DNA of 64,000 nt, taken from NCBI GenBank assembly GCA_963706025.1, contig CAVPLM010000008.1, forward strand, positions 128,001 through 192,000. Direction: 5' to 3'. Of this stretch, positions 38,951-48,428 are shown in pieces (the stretch's first letter is position 1; each line of letters starts with the position of its first letter). A program made the translations under genes and the position numbers. The stretch comes from an uncultured Actinomycetes bacterium. GTDB taxonomy: Bacteria > Actinomycetota > Thermoleophilia > RBG-16-64-13. The notes below the pieces were generated by a model. The model worked only from the letters and a program-made list of their open reading frames with translations. It did not search any database and had not been told where the DNA came from.

Positions 38951-39640
38951 CTACTTGCGAAGACCGCGCAGAAACTCCTTCACCTGCTCGTCGGTGCGGT
39001 GCTTCGTCAGGTCGTAGTGGTCGTAGTGGGTGATCTCCGCCCGCTCCCGGACGATGCGGGGCTTCGGCTGAACCGCCGGATGGCCCAGGGCCATCATGTC
39101 GTAGACGACCAGGTCTTCCGGGATCCCCAGTAGTTCCTTGACGAGAGGCATCACGTAGGGATTGCTGGCCGCAGTGGTCCATTGGCAGCCCAGACCCAGG
39201 GTGGTAGCTGCCAGGGTCATATAGAGGAAGGCGCTGGCCAGCGAGGAGTCGAAGACAAGATCGCCCCGGACCAGTTGAGTCACGAGTGGGTACGATTCTT
39301 TGGTGCGGGTGTCGCCGCACACCACTATCAGCACGGGGGCGTCCTTCCAGCCCGGGTCTGTGACCGGACGCGCCGCCGAAGGCCATCTCATGTCCTCCGG
39401 CCGGGTCAGTTCGACCTCATGCGCCGGGTAGGCCTGCACTTTCACGAACCCAGCGATACGGTCTTTCGTCTCCTTGTCTCGAACCACCACGAACTCCCAC
39501 GGCTGGGAGTTGGTCCCCGATGGCGCCCAGCGGGCGACCTCGATGATCCGATCCACCAGGGCGTCCGGCACGGGATCCGTCGTGAACGCTCTGGTGCTCC
39601 TCCGCGCCTGCACGAGCTCGAGAAGATCCTGGTACTCCAT
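38951..39640 (-). CDS. Nitroreductase family protein
   Basis: RRSTRAF, WAPSGTNSQPWEF, LAATTLGLG, LGHP. Confidence 0.93.
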   Translation of the reverse strand: MEYQDLLELVQARRSTRAFTTDPVPDALVDRIIEVARWAPSGTNSQPWEFVVVRDKETKDRIAGFVKVQAYPAHEVELTRPEDMRWPSAARPVTDPGWKDAPVLIVVCGDTRTKESYPLVTQLVRGDLVFDSSLASAFLYMTLAATTLGLGCQWTTAASNPYVMPLVKELLGIPEDLVVYDMMALGHPAVQPKPRIVRERAEITHYDHYDLTKHRTDEQVKEFLRGLRK

Positions 39641-39798
39641 TGCTGCTCCTTTCACTGTCTCGACCAGCCACCGCCTGTCGCTTTCGTTCGGCCCGCTCCA
39701 GGATACAGCAGGCCTTGTTCACCAAGTGCACCAAGGCCGAGTCTCCTCGAAGCGTCCCGCTTGTTTGCCAACGCTTCACGCGGGGGACATTGGGGGCC

Positions 39799-40608
39799 AT
39801 GAACACCCCGGTGCCTACAGAACTCATACTCGCAACCCGTGCGGACATGATCGCCGAGGCCGAGCGCGTCATCGACGCCGCCCGCGGGCGAGGCATCGTC
39901 CTGCGCCTCCTCGGCGGCCTCGCCGTGCGTTTCCACTGCCAGTCGCTCGACTTCTGCGAGCGCGACCACGGCGACATCGACATGGTGGGGCATCGGCGTG
40001 ACGCTGAGCGTATCGCGAGTCTCTTCACCGACCTCGGGTTCGAGGAGGTCGTCCACGTGCGCCAAGCGACCGGCGGACGTCAGCTGCAGTTCGCCCGCGA
40101 GTGCGGCCTCAAGGAGCAATGGGCCTGCTACAGCCGGCACGACGACGACCATATCGACGTCTTCCTTGATACGTTCAAGATGGACCACGCCATCGACCTG
40201 AGCGACCGGCTGGACCTCGACGACTACACCATCACGGTAAGCGATGTGCTCCTTACCAAGCTGCAGATGGCCAACCTGAACGAGAAGGACGACCGCGACA
40301 TCTTCACCCTTCTCCAGGATTTAGAGCTCGGCACCGCCGACGATCCCAAGGCGATCGACGTGCCCTATATCGCCCAGCTCTGCGCACGCGACTGGGGCCT
40401 CTTCCACGATGTCGAGCTCAACTTGGCGCGCCTATACAAGCGGCTCGACGCATACGCCGTGGAGCCCGGCATGCGCGACCAAGTGCGCGCCAAGCTCGCA
40501 CGGCTCGAGGAGACGATCAAGGCTGAACCGAAGTCGCGCACCTGGCGCCTGCGCGCCAAGGTGGGTGAGCGCCGTCCCTGGCACGAGACGGTCGAAGAGC
40601 AGGAGTAG
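39799..40608 (+). CDS. Putative nucleotidyltransferase-fold protein
   Basis: LLGGLAV, then DID (RDHGDIDMV), later HIDVFLD, LLTKLQ and KDDRD: Pol-beta-like pattern. Confidence 0.65.
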   Translation: MNTPVPTELILATRADMIAEAERVIDAARGRGIVLRLLGGLAVRFHCQSLDFCERDHGDIDMVGHRRDAERIASLFTDLGFEEVVHVRQATGGRQLQFARECGLKEQWACYSRHDDDHIDVFLDTFKMDHAIDLSDRLDLDDYTITVSDVLLTKLQMANLNEKDDRDIFTLLQDLELGTADDPKAIDVPYIAQLCARDWGLFHDVELNLARLYKRLDAYAVEPGMRDQVRAKLARLEETIKAEPKSRTWRLRAKVGERRPWHETVEEQE

Positions 40609-40733
40609 CTTGGTCGCCCTCTCATTCAGGTTGCCAGGATCTCCCTTTCCTCACGTTCGCGCTGGGTTTCACGTTCTTCCGGCGGCCCGGGCACGCCGGC
40701 CCCACTCCTAGGTACCCGTGGGCCGGTCAGCCC

Positions 40734-43319
40734 TCAGCCCGCCCACCTCTCCACTTGGATCAGGCAGGAGTTGTTCGCCATCCCTGTCGAAGTAGGGGTG
40801 ATGAACCGCTTCGGAGTCAAAATATTGACGCAGCCGGCCTGGTCGGGCGATTCCCCGGGAGCGCCCAGCGGGTCGTAGTCCGCGCACGACTCGTACGAAT
40901 GGACCGTCCCCGGCGGCACTCTCTCCGTCACCTGCGCCGCCAGGATGACCGAGCCCCGGTCGTTGAAGGCGCGTACCAGATCGCCATCTGCGATGCTCCG
41001 AGCCGCGGCGTCACCTGAATTGATCCTGATGATCCAGTAGTAACGGCCGTCCTCCCTACGGAGGCGGTGATCCTTGACCTCGTTGGTCCACGAATCCTTG
41101 GCGTCACCCATGGTGTGGAAGCTGAAGCGTGGATGGGGAGATATCAGCTGCAGGGGATACTTCGCCACCAGATCTGTGGTGCGATGGCCCTCCCACGACT
41201 CGATGTACTGGGGGCCGAGCGCCGGTCTTTCCAGGTCGAGCGTGCCGCCCTGCTCCAACTGAATCAGACTGGAGGCCACGAACTCGATCTTGCCCGATCT
41301 GGTCTGAAGACCGGCAAGCCGGACCGTGTCGGCAGGATGCGGGCCCCAATCCGGCGTGTCCTTCGGCCGTCCCTCGGCGAACCAACGGAGTGCAGGGGTG
41401 GAAGCCTGGCCCTCGGGCACCGGTACGACATAGTAACCCTTCTTCTCGAACTCCTTCCACCTGATGACCTTCGGGAGGTCGCTGGCCTCGAACATCTGTC
41501 TGACCCAGTCGAGCTCGGTCTTTCCTCCCATGGTGAAGGCCCCGTGGACCCCCAGGCGCTCGGCCAGACCGGCGAAGATCTCGTAGTCCGACTTCGACTC
41601 CCCCAGGGGCTCGATGCATTTCTTCTGCAGGACGACCATGCGATGGTTGGGCGAGCTGTTGCCGTCGGGGACGTAGCCTGATGCGTAGGCGCACTCGCTG
41701 ATGTCCCAGCGCTCGAAGTTGGTGCAGGCAGGCAGGATGACGTCGGCGAACTTGGCTTCGCCTTCGAACCAGATCGACTGATTGACCACGAAAGGGATCT
41801 TGTCGTTCTGATAGGCCTTTACGTACCGATTGGTTTCGGTCATGGTGCCGAAGAACGAGCCGCCGTAGCGGTAGTACATGCCGACCGGAGCGTATCCCTC
41901 GGCCGGGTAGTGGTACTCCCGGAACTGGGACTCGATGGAAGACCCGCAGAACCCGCGGCCCCTCCACTCCAGGCGCTCGTGGAGCATAGCCTCGGGTATA
42001 CGCAGCCGCGGCACGGTCTGGCCGTCACCGGAGTGATGGGCCAAGCGCACAGCCCCACCTTGAGGGAACATGCGGTACGCCCAGCGGAACCCTGCCGCGG
42101 TGTGATCGAGGTCGCAGGAGATGCCTCCCTCGGAGTATCCGGGGAACACGAAGGACGAATCAACCGGAGCGCCCGCGGTCGTGCCCCAGATGTTGCTGCC
42201 CGGCTTGCCCATGCCCTGCAAAGCGGCAAGCGCTACCATGGCCCGCGCCCACTCGTTGCCCGTGGCCGCCCGGCAGGCGCCACCCATGCCGCCCAGGCCG
42301 CCCGCCGCCAGCATGGTCGGCTTCGAGGCCCACTCGCGCGCCAGGGCTCGGATGTCGCGGGCCGCGACGCCCGACTCCTCCTCCGCCCAGGCCGGCGTCT
42401 TGGCCATCCCGTCGGTGTCGCCGAGCACGTAGCTCCGCCATTCGGCGAAGCCGGAGGTCCGCTCGGCGACGTACTCCGTGTCGTACGTCCCCTCGGTGAG
42501 CCACACGTGGGCGATAGCCAAGGCCACCGCCACGTCCGTACCCGGGCGGGGCGCGAACCATTTGTCGGAGTGGAGGCCGGCGGTGTGGTTGAAGTAGGGA
42601 TCGATAAAGACCATCTTGATCCCCAGCTCCTTGAGCCAACGACGGCGGGCCGTGCTCTCGAAGGCCGCGTAGCAGCCGGAGGTGGACTCGGGGTCGGCCG
42701 ACCAGAACACGATCATCTCGGTGTGCTTGAGCGCATCTTCCAACAGGTCGTACTGTTCCGGGATGCCCAGACGATGACTGAAGCCCCACATGTGCATGGC
42801 GCCCCAGTGCCAGCCTTCCCAGCTGTCGGGGTTGTGCTCGCCGTAGGTCATCCCGACCAGGTCCATGAATCGGTAGTAGGCGCTGAAGCGGTAGCCCACG
42901 CTGCCCCACATGTGGTGCGAGCCGGGAGTGGTGAGCATGCCGGCCGGCCCCAATTCCCGCTTGACCCGGACGATCTCGCTCGCCACGAGATCGAAGGCCT
43001 CGTCCCAGCTGATGGGCTCGTAGCCGGATACGCCTCGGTTGTTGCAGTTGCGGTCGCCCTTGGCGTCGAAATCCACCCGCTTGAGAGGCGTGAGGATGCG
43101 CTCGGGCGAGTAGATGACCGACTTGTGCGCCACCGTCCAGGGCGACAGAGTGGTCCGGCGCGGAGGGGAGAACGTCCGGCCCCGGGCTTCGATCTTCCAT
43201 GAGGGTCCGTCGCTGTCGTCGAGATCGATAGGCAGGATGCGAACGATCTCGCCATCCTTGACGTCTACGAAGACCGGGCCCCCGGTGGTGCTGTTGGTCA
43301 GTCTGGCAACGCGCGTCAT
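40734..43319 (-). CDS. Molybdopterin oxidoreductase, pyrogallol hydroxytransferase (transhydroxylase) large-subunit-like
   Basis: RLTNSTTGGPVFV, SHHMWG, HNPDSWEGWHWG, EKKGYYVVP, KDTPDWGP, SPHPRFSFHTMGD, TVHSYESC resemble Pelobacter AthL as recalled. Confidence 0.9.
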   Translation of the reverse strand: MTRVARLTNSTTGGPVFVDVKDGEIVRILPIDLDDSDGPSWKIEARGRTFSPPRRTTLSPWTVAHKSVIYSPERILTPLKRVDFDAKGDRNCNNRGVSGYEPISWDEAFDLVASEIVRVKRELGPAGMLTTPGSHHMWGSVGYRFSAYYRFMDLVGMTYGEHNPDSWEGWHWGAMHMWGFSHRLGIPEQYDLLEDALKHTEMIVFWSADPESTSGCYAAFESTARRRWLKELGIKMVFIDPYFNHTAGLHSDKWFAPRPGTDVAVALAIAHVWLTEGTYDTEYVAERTSGFAEWRSYVLGDTDGMAKTPAWAEEESGVAARDIRALAREWASKPTMLAAGGLGGMGGACRAATGNEWARAMVALAALQGMGKPGSNIWGTTAGAPVDSSFVFPGYSEGGISCDLDHTAAGFRWAYRMFPQGGAVRLAHHSGDGQTVPRLRIPEAMLHERLEWRGRGFCGSSIESQFREYHYPAEGYAPVGMYYRYGGSFFGTMTETNRYVKAYQNDKIPFVVNQSIWFEGEAKFADVILPACTNFERWDISECAYASGYVPDGNSSPNHRMVVLQKKCIEPLGESKSDYEIFAGLAERLGVHGAFTMGGKTELDWVRQMFEASDLPKVIRWKEFEKKGYYVVPVPEGQASTPALRWFAEGRPKDTPDWGPHPADTVRLAGLQTRSGKIEFVASSLIQLEQGGTLDLERPALGPQYIESWEGHRTTDLVAKYPLQLISPHPRFSFHTMGDAKDSWTNEVKDHRLRREDGRYYWIIRINSGDAAARSIADGDLVRAFNDRGSVILAAQVTERVPPGTVHSYESCADYDPLGAPGESPDQAGCVNILTPKRFITPTSTGMANNSCLIQVERWAG

Positions 43320-43478
43320 GCCGCCTTCACCCTCCCCCTCCTCGTACCGCCCGGACCGCCGCCGGGAATCGCGCTCCATGATAGCGAGGCGAAGGTGAAG
43401 CAGGACATCGCGATGCCACGTCCGGTCCTGGAACCTCCCTGGCCCGTCCAGGTGCGGGGGGCGCGAGCTCCATACTAG

Positions 43479-44219
43479 TCAGAAGTCCTCGATCGGCACG
43501 TTGTATTCGACTGAGGTCAGCGTGAAGTCGGCATACGGCAGATCACCGTCGGAAAGCTTCCATACCGCCTGCCCGCGGACGGGAAGGTTAAGCCCGGCCA
43601 ATCTGCCGTATTCCGTCATCGGCGTCGTCCAGGTATCGAGCGTGTAGGTCCCGTTGCTCTCGCGATAGCGCTTCGTCACGAAGTTGTTCAGGCGCCCCGC
43701 CTGGTCGACGAAGAAACGTGCGCTCACGCTCTTTCCGTGGTCGGTGAAGGTCACATCGAACGAATGATCGTCCACCGCCTGCCAGGTGACGTAGTCGCTG
43801 AGGAGGGCCACGGGGAACCAGGTCATCTCGTTCAGGTAGCGCATCATCGTGCCCTGGTCCAGCTCATCGCCCCGCGCGTCGAAGATGGTGAAGAGACCGG
43901 CCACTTTCCCGAACATGTGCCCGTGTCCGGCCTTGTAGGTGTCGCTCCCGCTCACCATCCAGAAGCCGAACATCTTGAGCCGCGCCTTCCAGTGAAACCC
44001 AGGCGGATCGGTAGTGTAGATCTGCTCGGCTCTGATGGGCATCCAGGGCTTGTCGGCGGCCATGCGGAACACGCCCTCGTACCTGATGCGGACGGTGTCG
44101 ATCCAGGGCTGGCCCACCACGCCCGTGTACTCCAGGTATCGCCGGGCAGGTTCTGGTAGATCGGTCAGCATGGCGGCGGTGACCAAGCGCCGCTGATCAG
44201 GATCTGGGCGCGAGTTCAC
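43479..44219 (-). CDS. DUF6544-like hypothetical protein
   Basis: LPEPARRYL, WMPIRAEQ, PPGFHW, RYLNEMTWFP motifs. Confidence 0.75.
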   Translation of the reverse strand: MNSRPDPDQRRLVTAAMLTDLPEPARRYLEYTGVVGQPWIDTVRIRYEGVFRMAADKPWMPIRAEQIYTTDPPGFHWKARLKMFGFWMVSGSDTYKAGHGHMFGKVAGLFTIFDARGDELDQGTMMRYLNEMTWFPVALLSDYVTWQAVDDHSFDVTFTDHGKSVSARFFVDQAGRLNNFVTKRYRESNGTYTLDTWTTPMTEYGRLAGLNLPVRGQAVWKLSDGDLPYADFTLTSVEYNVPIEDF

Positions 44220-44596
44220 TCCAGCCGGAACTTATCGCCTTCTTTCCTAACCTTGAACTCCTTCTCCCAAACGATCTCCGGCTTCTCCCGCTGCTTCTCA
44301 TCTCGCGGATGCACCTTCAGCTTCACCTGGGCGCCTTCTTGCAGATTGCGGGCGATGGCGTAGCAATAGAGGGTCGGCTCAGAATCTTGCTCCCACGCTC
44401 GGAAACTCAGCACAGCGCCTGGAGTGGCAGCCGGGTGGCCCGCGATCGAGCACTCGGCCGCAAGTTCGCTATCCCACTTCTCCCCAGGCTCGGGCTTCAC
44501 CTGGAACCTTATCTCGACGGGGGCCAAGGCGGTCGCCTCCGGCTCGAGGGGATTGCTGAGGATCTCGAGCTCAGGCCAGTTGGCCAACTCTGCCAT
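44216..44596 (-). CDS. Hypothetical protein
   Basis: GGAGG RBS; 126-aa ORF; GTGA-coupled to the downstream gene. Confidence 0.7.
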   Translation of the reverse strand: MAELANWPELEILSNPLEPEATALAPVEIRFQVKPEPGEKWDSELAAECSIAGHPAATPGAVLSFRAWEQDSEPTLYCYAIARNLQEGAQVKLKVHPRDEKQREKPEIVWEKEFKVRKEGDKFRLE

Positions 44597-44698
44597 GGTT
44601 GCACCTCCACGGGTCGCGGACTCTGCCGCTTCAGATACCCGAAGGGCCTACCCAGCCAAACGACGAACGATTCCCGCGATCACCGGTAGACTGACACT

Positions 44699-45535
44699 AT
44701 GACGTCAAAGAACGTGAGCATCACGATCTTGGTCGACAACAAGGCCGGCAAGGGGCTTGGGTTCGAGCACGGCCTGTCCCTGTGGATTGAGACCGAGAAC
44801 AAGCGGATCCTGGTCGATACAGGACAGGGACCTGCATTTGCTCGCAACACCCGGAAACTCGGCGTCGATTTGGCCACGGCCGACATCCTCGTGCTCAGTC
44901 ACGGGCACTACGACCACGCGGGCGGAATAGCCTATGTCGTCCAGCAGGCTCCGAACATCGATATCTACTGCCATCCGGGAGTCCTCCAGCCACGCTACGC
45001 CGTTCGTGACAGGGAAGCGAAGGCCATCGGGATATCGGAGCAAGCCAGGGCAGTTCTGGATGGGTGGCCGTCATCGCGTATGCACTGGGTCCGGCAGCCT
45101 CTGCTGCTGACCGAGAAGGTCGGGATCACCGCCCCCATCCCGCGCCTCACCAGCTACGAGGATGCGGGAGGACCCTTCTACTTTGATCCAGCGGGAACGT
45201 GCCCCGATCCCATCGAGGACGATCTGGCCCTCTGGATCGAGACGGACCTGGGGGTGGTAGTCTGCCTGGGCTGCGCCCATGCGGGTGTGGTGAATACCTT
45301 GGATCACGTGCTCAGCCTGACCAAAAAGGTCCGGGTCAGAGCCGTCATCGGAGGCTTTCACCTGCTCGACGCCGGCCCCGAGCGCCTGGACCAGACGATC
45401 TCGGCGTTGCGACTGCATAACCCGGATGTGCTGGCTCCGTGCCACTGCACCGGCGAACGCCCGGTGACCCAGTTGCGCGATGCCTTGGGCGAACGAGTAT
45501 CGCCCGCGGCCGCCGGGATGACATACCATTTCTGA
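44699..45535 (+). CDS. MBL-fold metallo-hydrolase (MJ0301-like subfamily)
   Basis: ITILVDN, EHGLSL, SHGHYDHAGG, GCAHAG, GGFHL, PCHCTG. Confidence 0.9.
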   Translation: MTSKNVSITILVDNKAGKGLGFEHGLSLWIETENKRILVDTGQGPAFARNTRKLGVDLATADILVLSHGHYDHAGGIAYVVQQAPNIDIYCHPGVLQPRYAVRDREAKAIGISEQARAVLDGWPSSRMHWVRQPLLLTEKVGITAPIPRLTSYEDAGGPFYFDPAGTCPDPIEDDLALWIETDLGVVVCLGCAHAGVVNTLDHVLSLTKKVRVRAVIGGFHLLDAGPERLDQTISALRLHNPDVLAPCHCTGERPVTQLRDALGERVSPAAAGMTYHF

Positions 45536-45564
45536 GACTCCTCTTACAGGGGTGATGACGCCAG

Positions 45565-46233
45565 ATGCCTTCAGACGATGAGCAGATCCGCGAGATGGCC
45601 GAAGCCTATGACAAGGAGGCAGAGGCAACGGGGTGGCTGGGGCCGGAACTCGCCTTCAGCATGGTCTACGAGCATATCCGGCCGGGTCAGTCGATCCTCG
45701 ATATCGGCATAGGGACCGGGTTGGCATCGGTCCTCTTTCGCAAAGCTGGGCTGCGTGTGTACGGTATGGATATCTCAGAGAACATGCTCGAGGCTTGCCG
45801 GATGAAGGGGTTTGCCGACCTCACGCGCCACGACCTTTCCACGACTCCCTACCCATATGCTTCGGAGAGCTTCGATCACGCCGTCTGCCTGGGAGTGCTC
45901 AACTTCTTCAGCGACCTGTCTCCCGTGTTCGCCGAGGCCGCGCGCCTTCTTAGGACGAGAGGTACGTTCGTCTTCGAGGTCGGGGACCGCACTGAGGATG
46001 AAGACTTCGAATTCGTGGTGGGGCCCGAGCATACCGGCACCGGCGAACCGGTGACGATGTACCGCCACAGCAGCCGGCAGATCGATGAATGGACCGATGG
46101 GTTCGGCTTCATACTATTGCGAAGCCTCCCGTTCACCGTCTTCATGGATCGTACGAAGAGAGATAGCCTACGAGCCAAGTGCTATCTGGTGCAGAAGGCG
46201 GAGGGCCCCGTTTTGGGCTCATGGGGGCCATGA
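45565..46233 (+). CDS. Class I SAM-dependent methyltransferase
   Basis: ILDIGIGTG, GMDISENML, FDHAVC. Confidence 0.9.
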   Translation: MPSDDEQIREMAEAYDKEAEATGWLGPELAFSMVYEHIRPGQSILDIGIGTGLASVLFRKAGLRVYGMDISENMLEACRMKGFADLTRHDLSTTPYPYASESFDHAVCLGVLNFFSDLSPVFAEAARLLRTRGTFVFEVGDRTEDEDFEFVVGPEHTGTGEPVTMYRHSSRQIDEWTDGFGFILLRSLPFTVFMDRTKRDSLRAKCYLVQKAEGPVLGSWGP

Positions 46234-47422
46234 CGGAACTACTCCCCACCACGATGATCGCCGCCAAGCTCGTGCGGAACGGCATTCGTCACCGCTGCCT
46301 CAGACTGGTGGGCAGCCAGGGAAGCCCCAGGCCGTCAGCCTGGAGGTGACCCATGAGTGCGTGTGCCGGTGCCGGATGTGTAACATCTGGAAGATACCCG
46401 CGTCGGTACCCGATCTGCCCCTGAGGGAGTGGGTCGAGCTCCTCTCGAGCGATCTTCTACGCGATCTGAGGGAGTTGGACATCACAGGCGGGGAGCCGTT
46501 CCTCCGTGACGACCTGGTCTCTCTTGTCCGTGCCGTCTGCGACTTGAAACGGACTCATCTGAGACGACTCAGGTCCATCGCGATCACCACGAACGGGGTT
46601 CTGAACGAGCGTGTGGTGAACATGGTCGCCGAGATGCTCGAGCCGATGAGAAACGGCGGACTCGACCTGGTCATGGTATGTGCCCTCGATGCCGTGGGCG
46701 ACCTACACGACCAGATTCGACGCTACGAGGGGGCCTGGGCCTGCGTCGGCCAGACGATCAGTGGGCTGGTCGAATTGCGGCGGAGCAATCCGCACCTGAT
46801 CATCGGATTGAAGACCACGGTGATGCCGCAGAACGTAGGCGAATTGGAGAAGATCGCGCAGTACGCCCGAGAGCGGGATCTGTTCACCATCATATCTCCG
46901 GCCATCGTCACGCCAGGTCGCTACCTCAATCCGGACCGGGCGCAAGACCTCGCTCTGTCCGCCACCGAACGGGACCGTTTGGCCGCGTTCTACGAGAGCC
47001 CGGACTTCAAGTGGAGCTACCACGCCAAGACGCTGGCCGGGTACCTGCGAACCGGGCGCATCAAGAAACCGTGCTCCTGTGGGTTCAACTACTTCTTCGT
47101 TCGTAGCAACGGAGAGGTCTTCTTGTGCCCGCTGTTCGCGGAATCGGTGGGGAACATCGGGAGCGTACCCGTAGCCACGCTCTTCACTTCTGGAGAGGCG
47201 CGAAGCATCCGTGCGCGGGTCGGCAGGTCACCTGAATGCGCCGGATGCACGGAGCCCGGCCTGGAACGATATTCGCTTCCCTACGAGGGCTTTGCGTATC
47301 TTCGTACGCTCCTCGACATGGGACCGCGCTCGTTTCTCGAGCTGCACCGACATCTGGGGCTCGATAAGTATGCAGAAGGACGTAGGGTGTATGGATGGGT
47401 GGGACGGCGAGTTGATGGTTGA
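46230..47422 (+). CDS. Radical SAM protein with SPASM/twitch-like domain (frameshift near 46314; 3' end abuts the IS relic)
   Basis: ATGA-coupled start; CVCRCRMC (CX3CX2C), ITGGEPFL, ITTNG; C-terminal CSCG...GEVFLCP...GNI...CAGC. Confidence 0.85.
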
Positions 47423-48311
47423 GGCAGATGCAGGTCGCGAGGGCGAGCAGTGGGAGAGGATGCGCACGACGAGGTTTGTGGGAGTGAGGGCGCTGTGACG
47501 CTACAAGGAGAGCAGGTTTTTGCAGGTGCAGAAGACGGACTTGATGAGTTGGAGGATAGGAGCGAGATGAGGGTTTGTTCTGCGGTTAGTTGGCTAGGGG
47601 TGAGCGGACGATGGTACGGCGGAGCTCCGGACAGTAGGGCGAAGTCACGGGCAGAGTAGCCTTTGTCGCAGAAGATGGTCTCACCGCGGGTAAGCGCGAG
47701 GGGAAGAAGTAGGAGCGCGAGCTCTCGTTCGGGCTGGTTGGCCGGAGCGAGCTGGACGCGCCGGGGGGTGCCATCCGGAGCGCACAGAGAGATGGAGGCG
47801 GTATCCGCAGAAGTAGCGGGAGTGGCTGCGGGAGTAGCCGTAGCCGCAGATATCGGCGAGAGCCGAGCGTCGGGCGGTCTCCACAGAACGGGCGCATTCG
47901 ACCGGGGTGGAGTCAAGAAGGAGAAGATCGTCATGATGATACGGGGCTCTTAGAACAGAAGACGTCGAAGAGCCACCGATGGCGTCGGAGAGACGGGCAC
48001 GGCGCTTGTGATAGGCATCTTGAGTAGGAAGAACGGGAAAGAGATGACCGATTTGAAGAAGGGCCGCACGAAGGAAGCGACGGTCAGAAGGTATGCCCAT
48101 GAGCACCTGAGCCACAGACAGAGTGACGATCTCAGCATCGGTGGTGAGACGGCGGGCGTTTCACCAACTATCAGGCAAAAGATAATAGGCAGTGCAATAA
48201 ACGACGGTGAAGAGGGTGTAAAGGTAGGGTGAATAGTGGAATAAAAGCAGAAGATGTAATAAAAGTAGGTTTGGAAATAGAAAAAAAAAAAAAAGAAGAG
48301 GGAAAATCTAG
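47375..48311 (-). mobile_element. Degraded IS982-family insertion sequence (transposase pseudogene; ends approximate)
   Basis: Fragments in several frames: DAEIVTL..AQVLMG..SDRRFLR, LLDSTPVECARS, GYGYSRSHSRYF.G.RLHL, DGTP, DKGY; multiple stops and frameshifts. Confidence 0.85.
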
Positions 48312-48428
48312 CCGGCGCCGGCAGACCAGCTACACTATCAGGAGGAAGTCACCGGGGCCCACGGAACTGCTACAAGAGGCTTCGCGTCGCACCGTTGGTC
48401 ACGTGGTCGGTCTGAAGGGAGGACCGCT

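Noticed and set aside
41910-43202. Long antisense or alternate-frame ORFs (also 2577..3581, 6797..8293, 26707..27816, 28398..29555)
   Set aside because: Shadow ORFs expected from high-GC codon bias, overlapping well-supported genes and lacking motifs.
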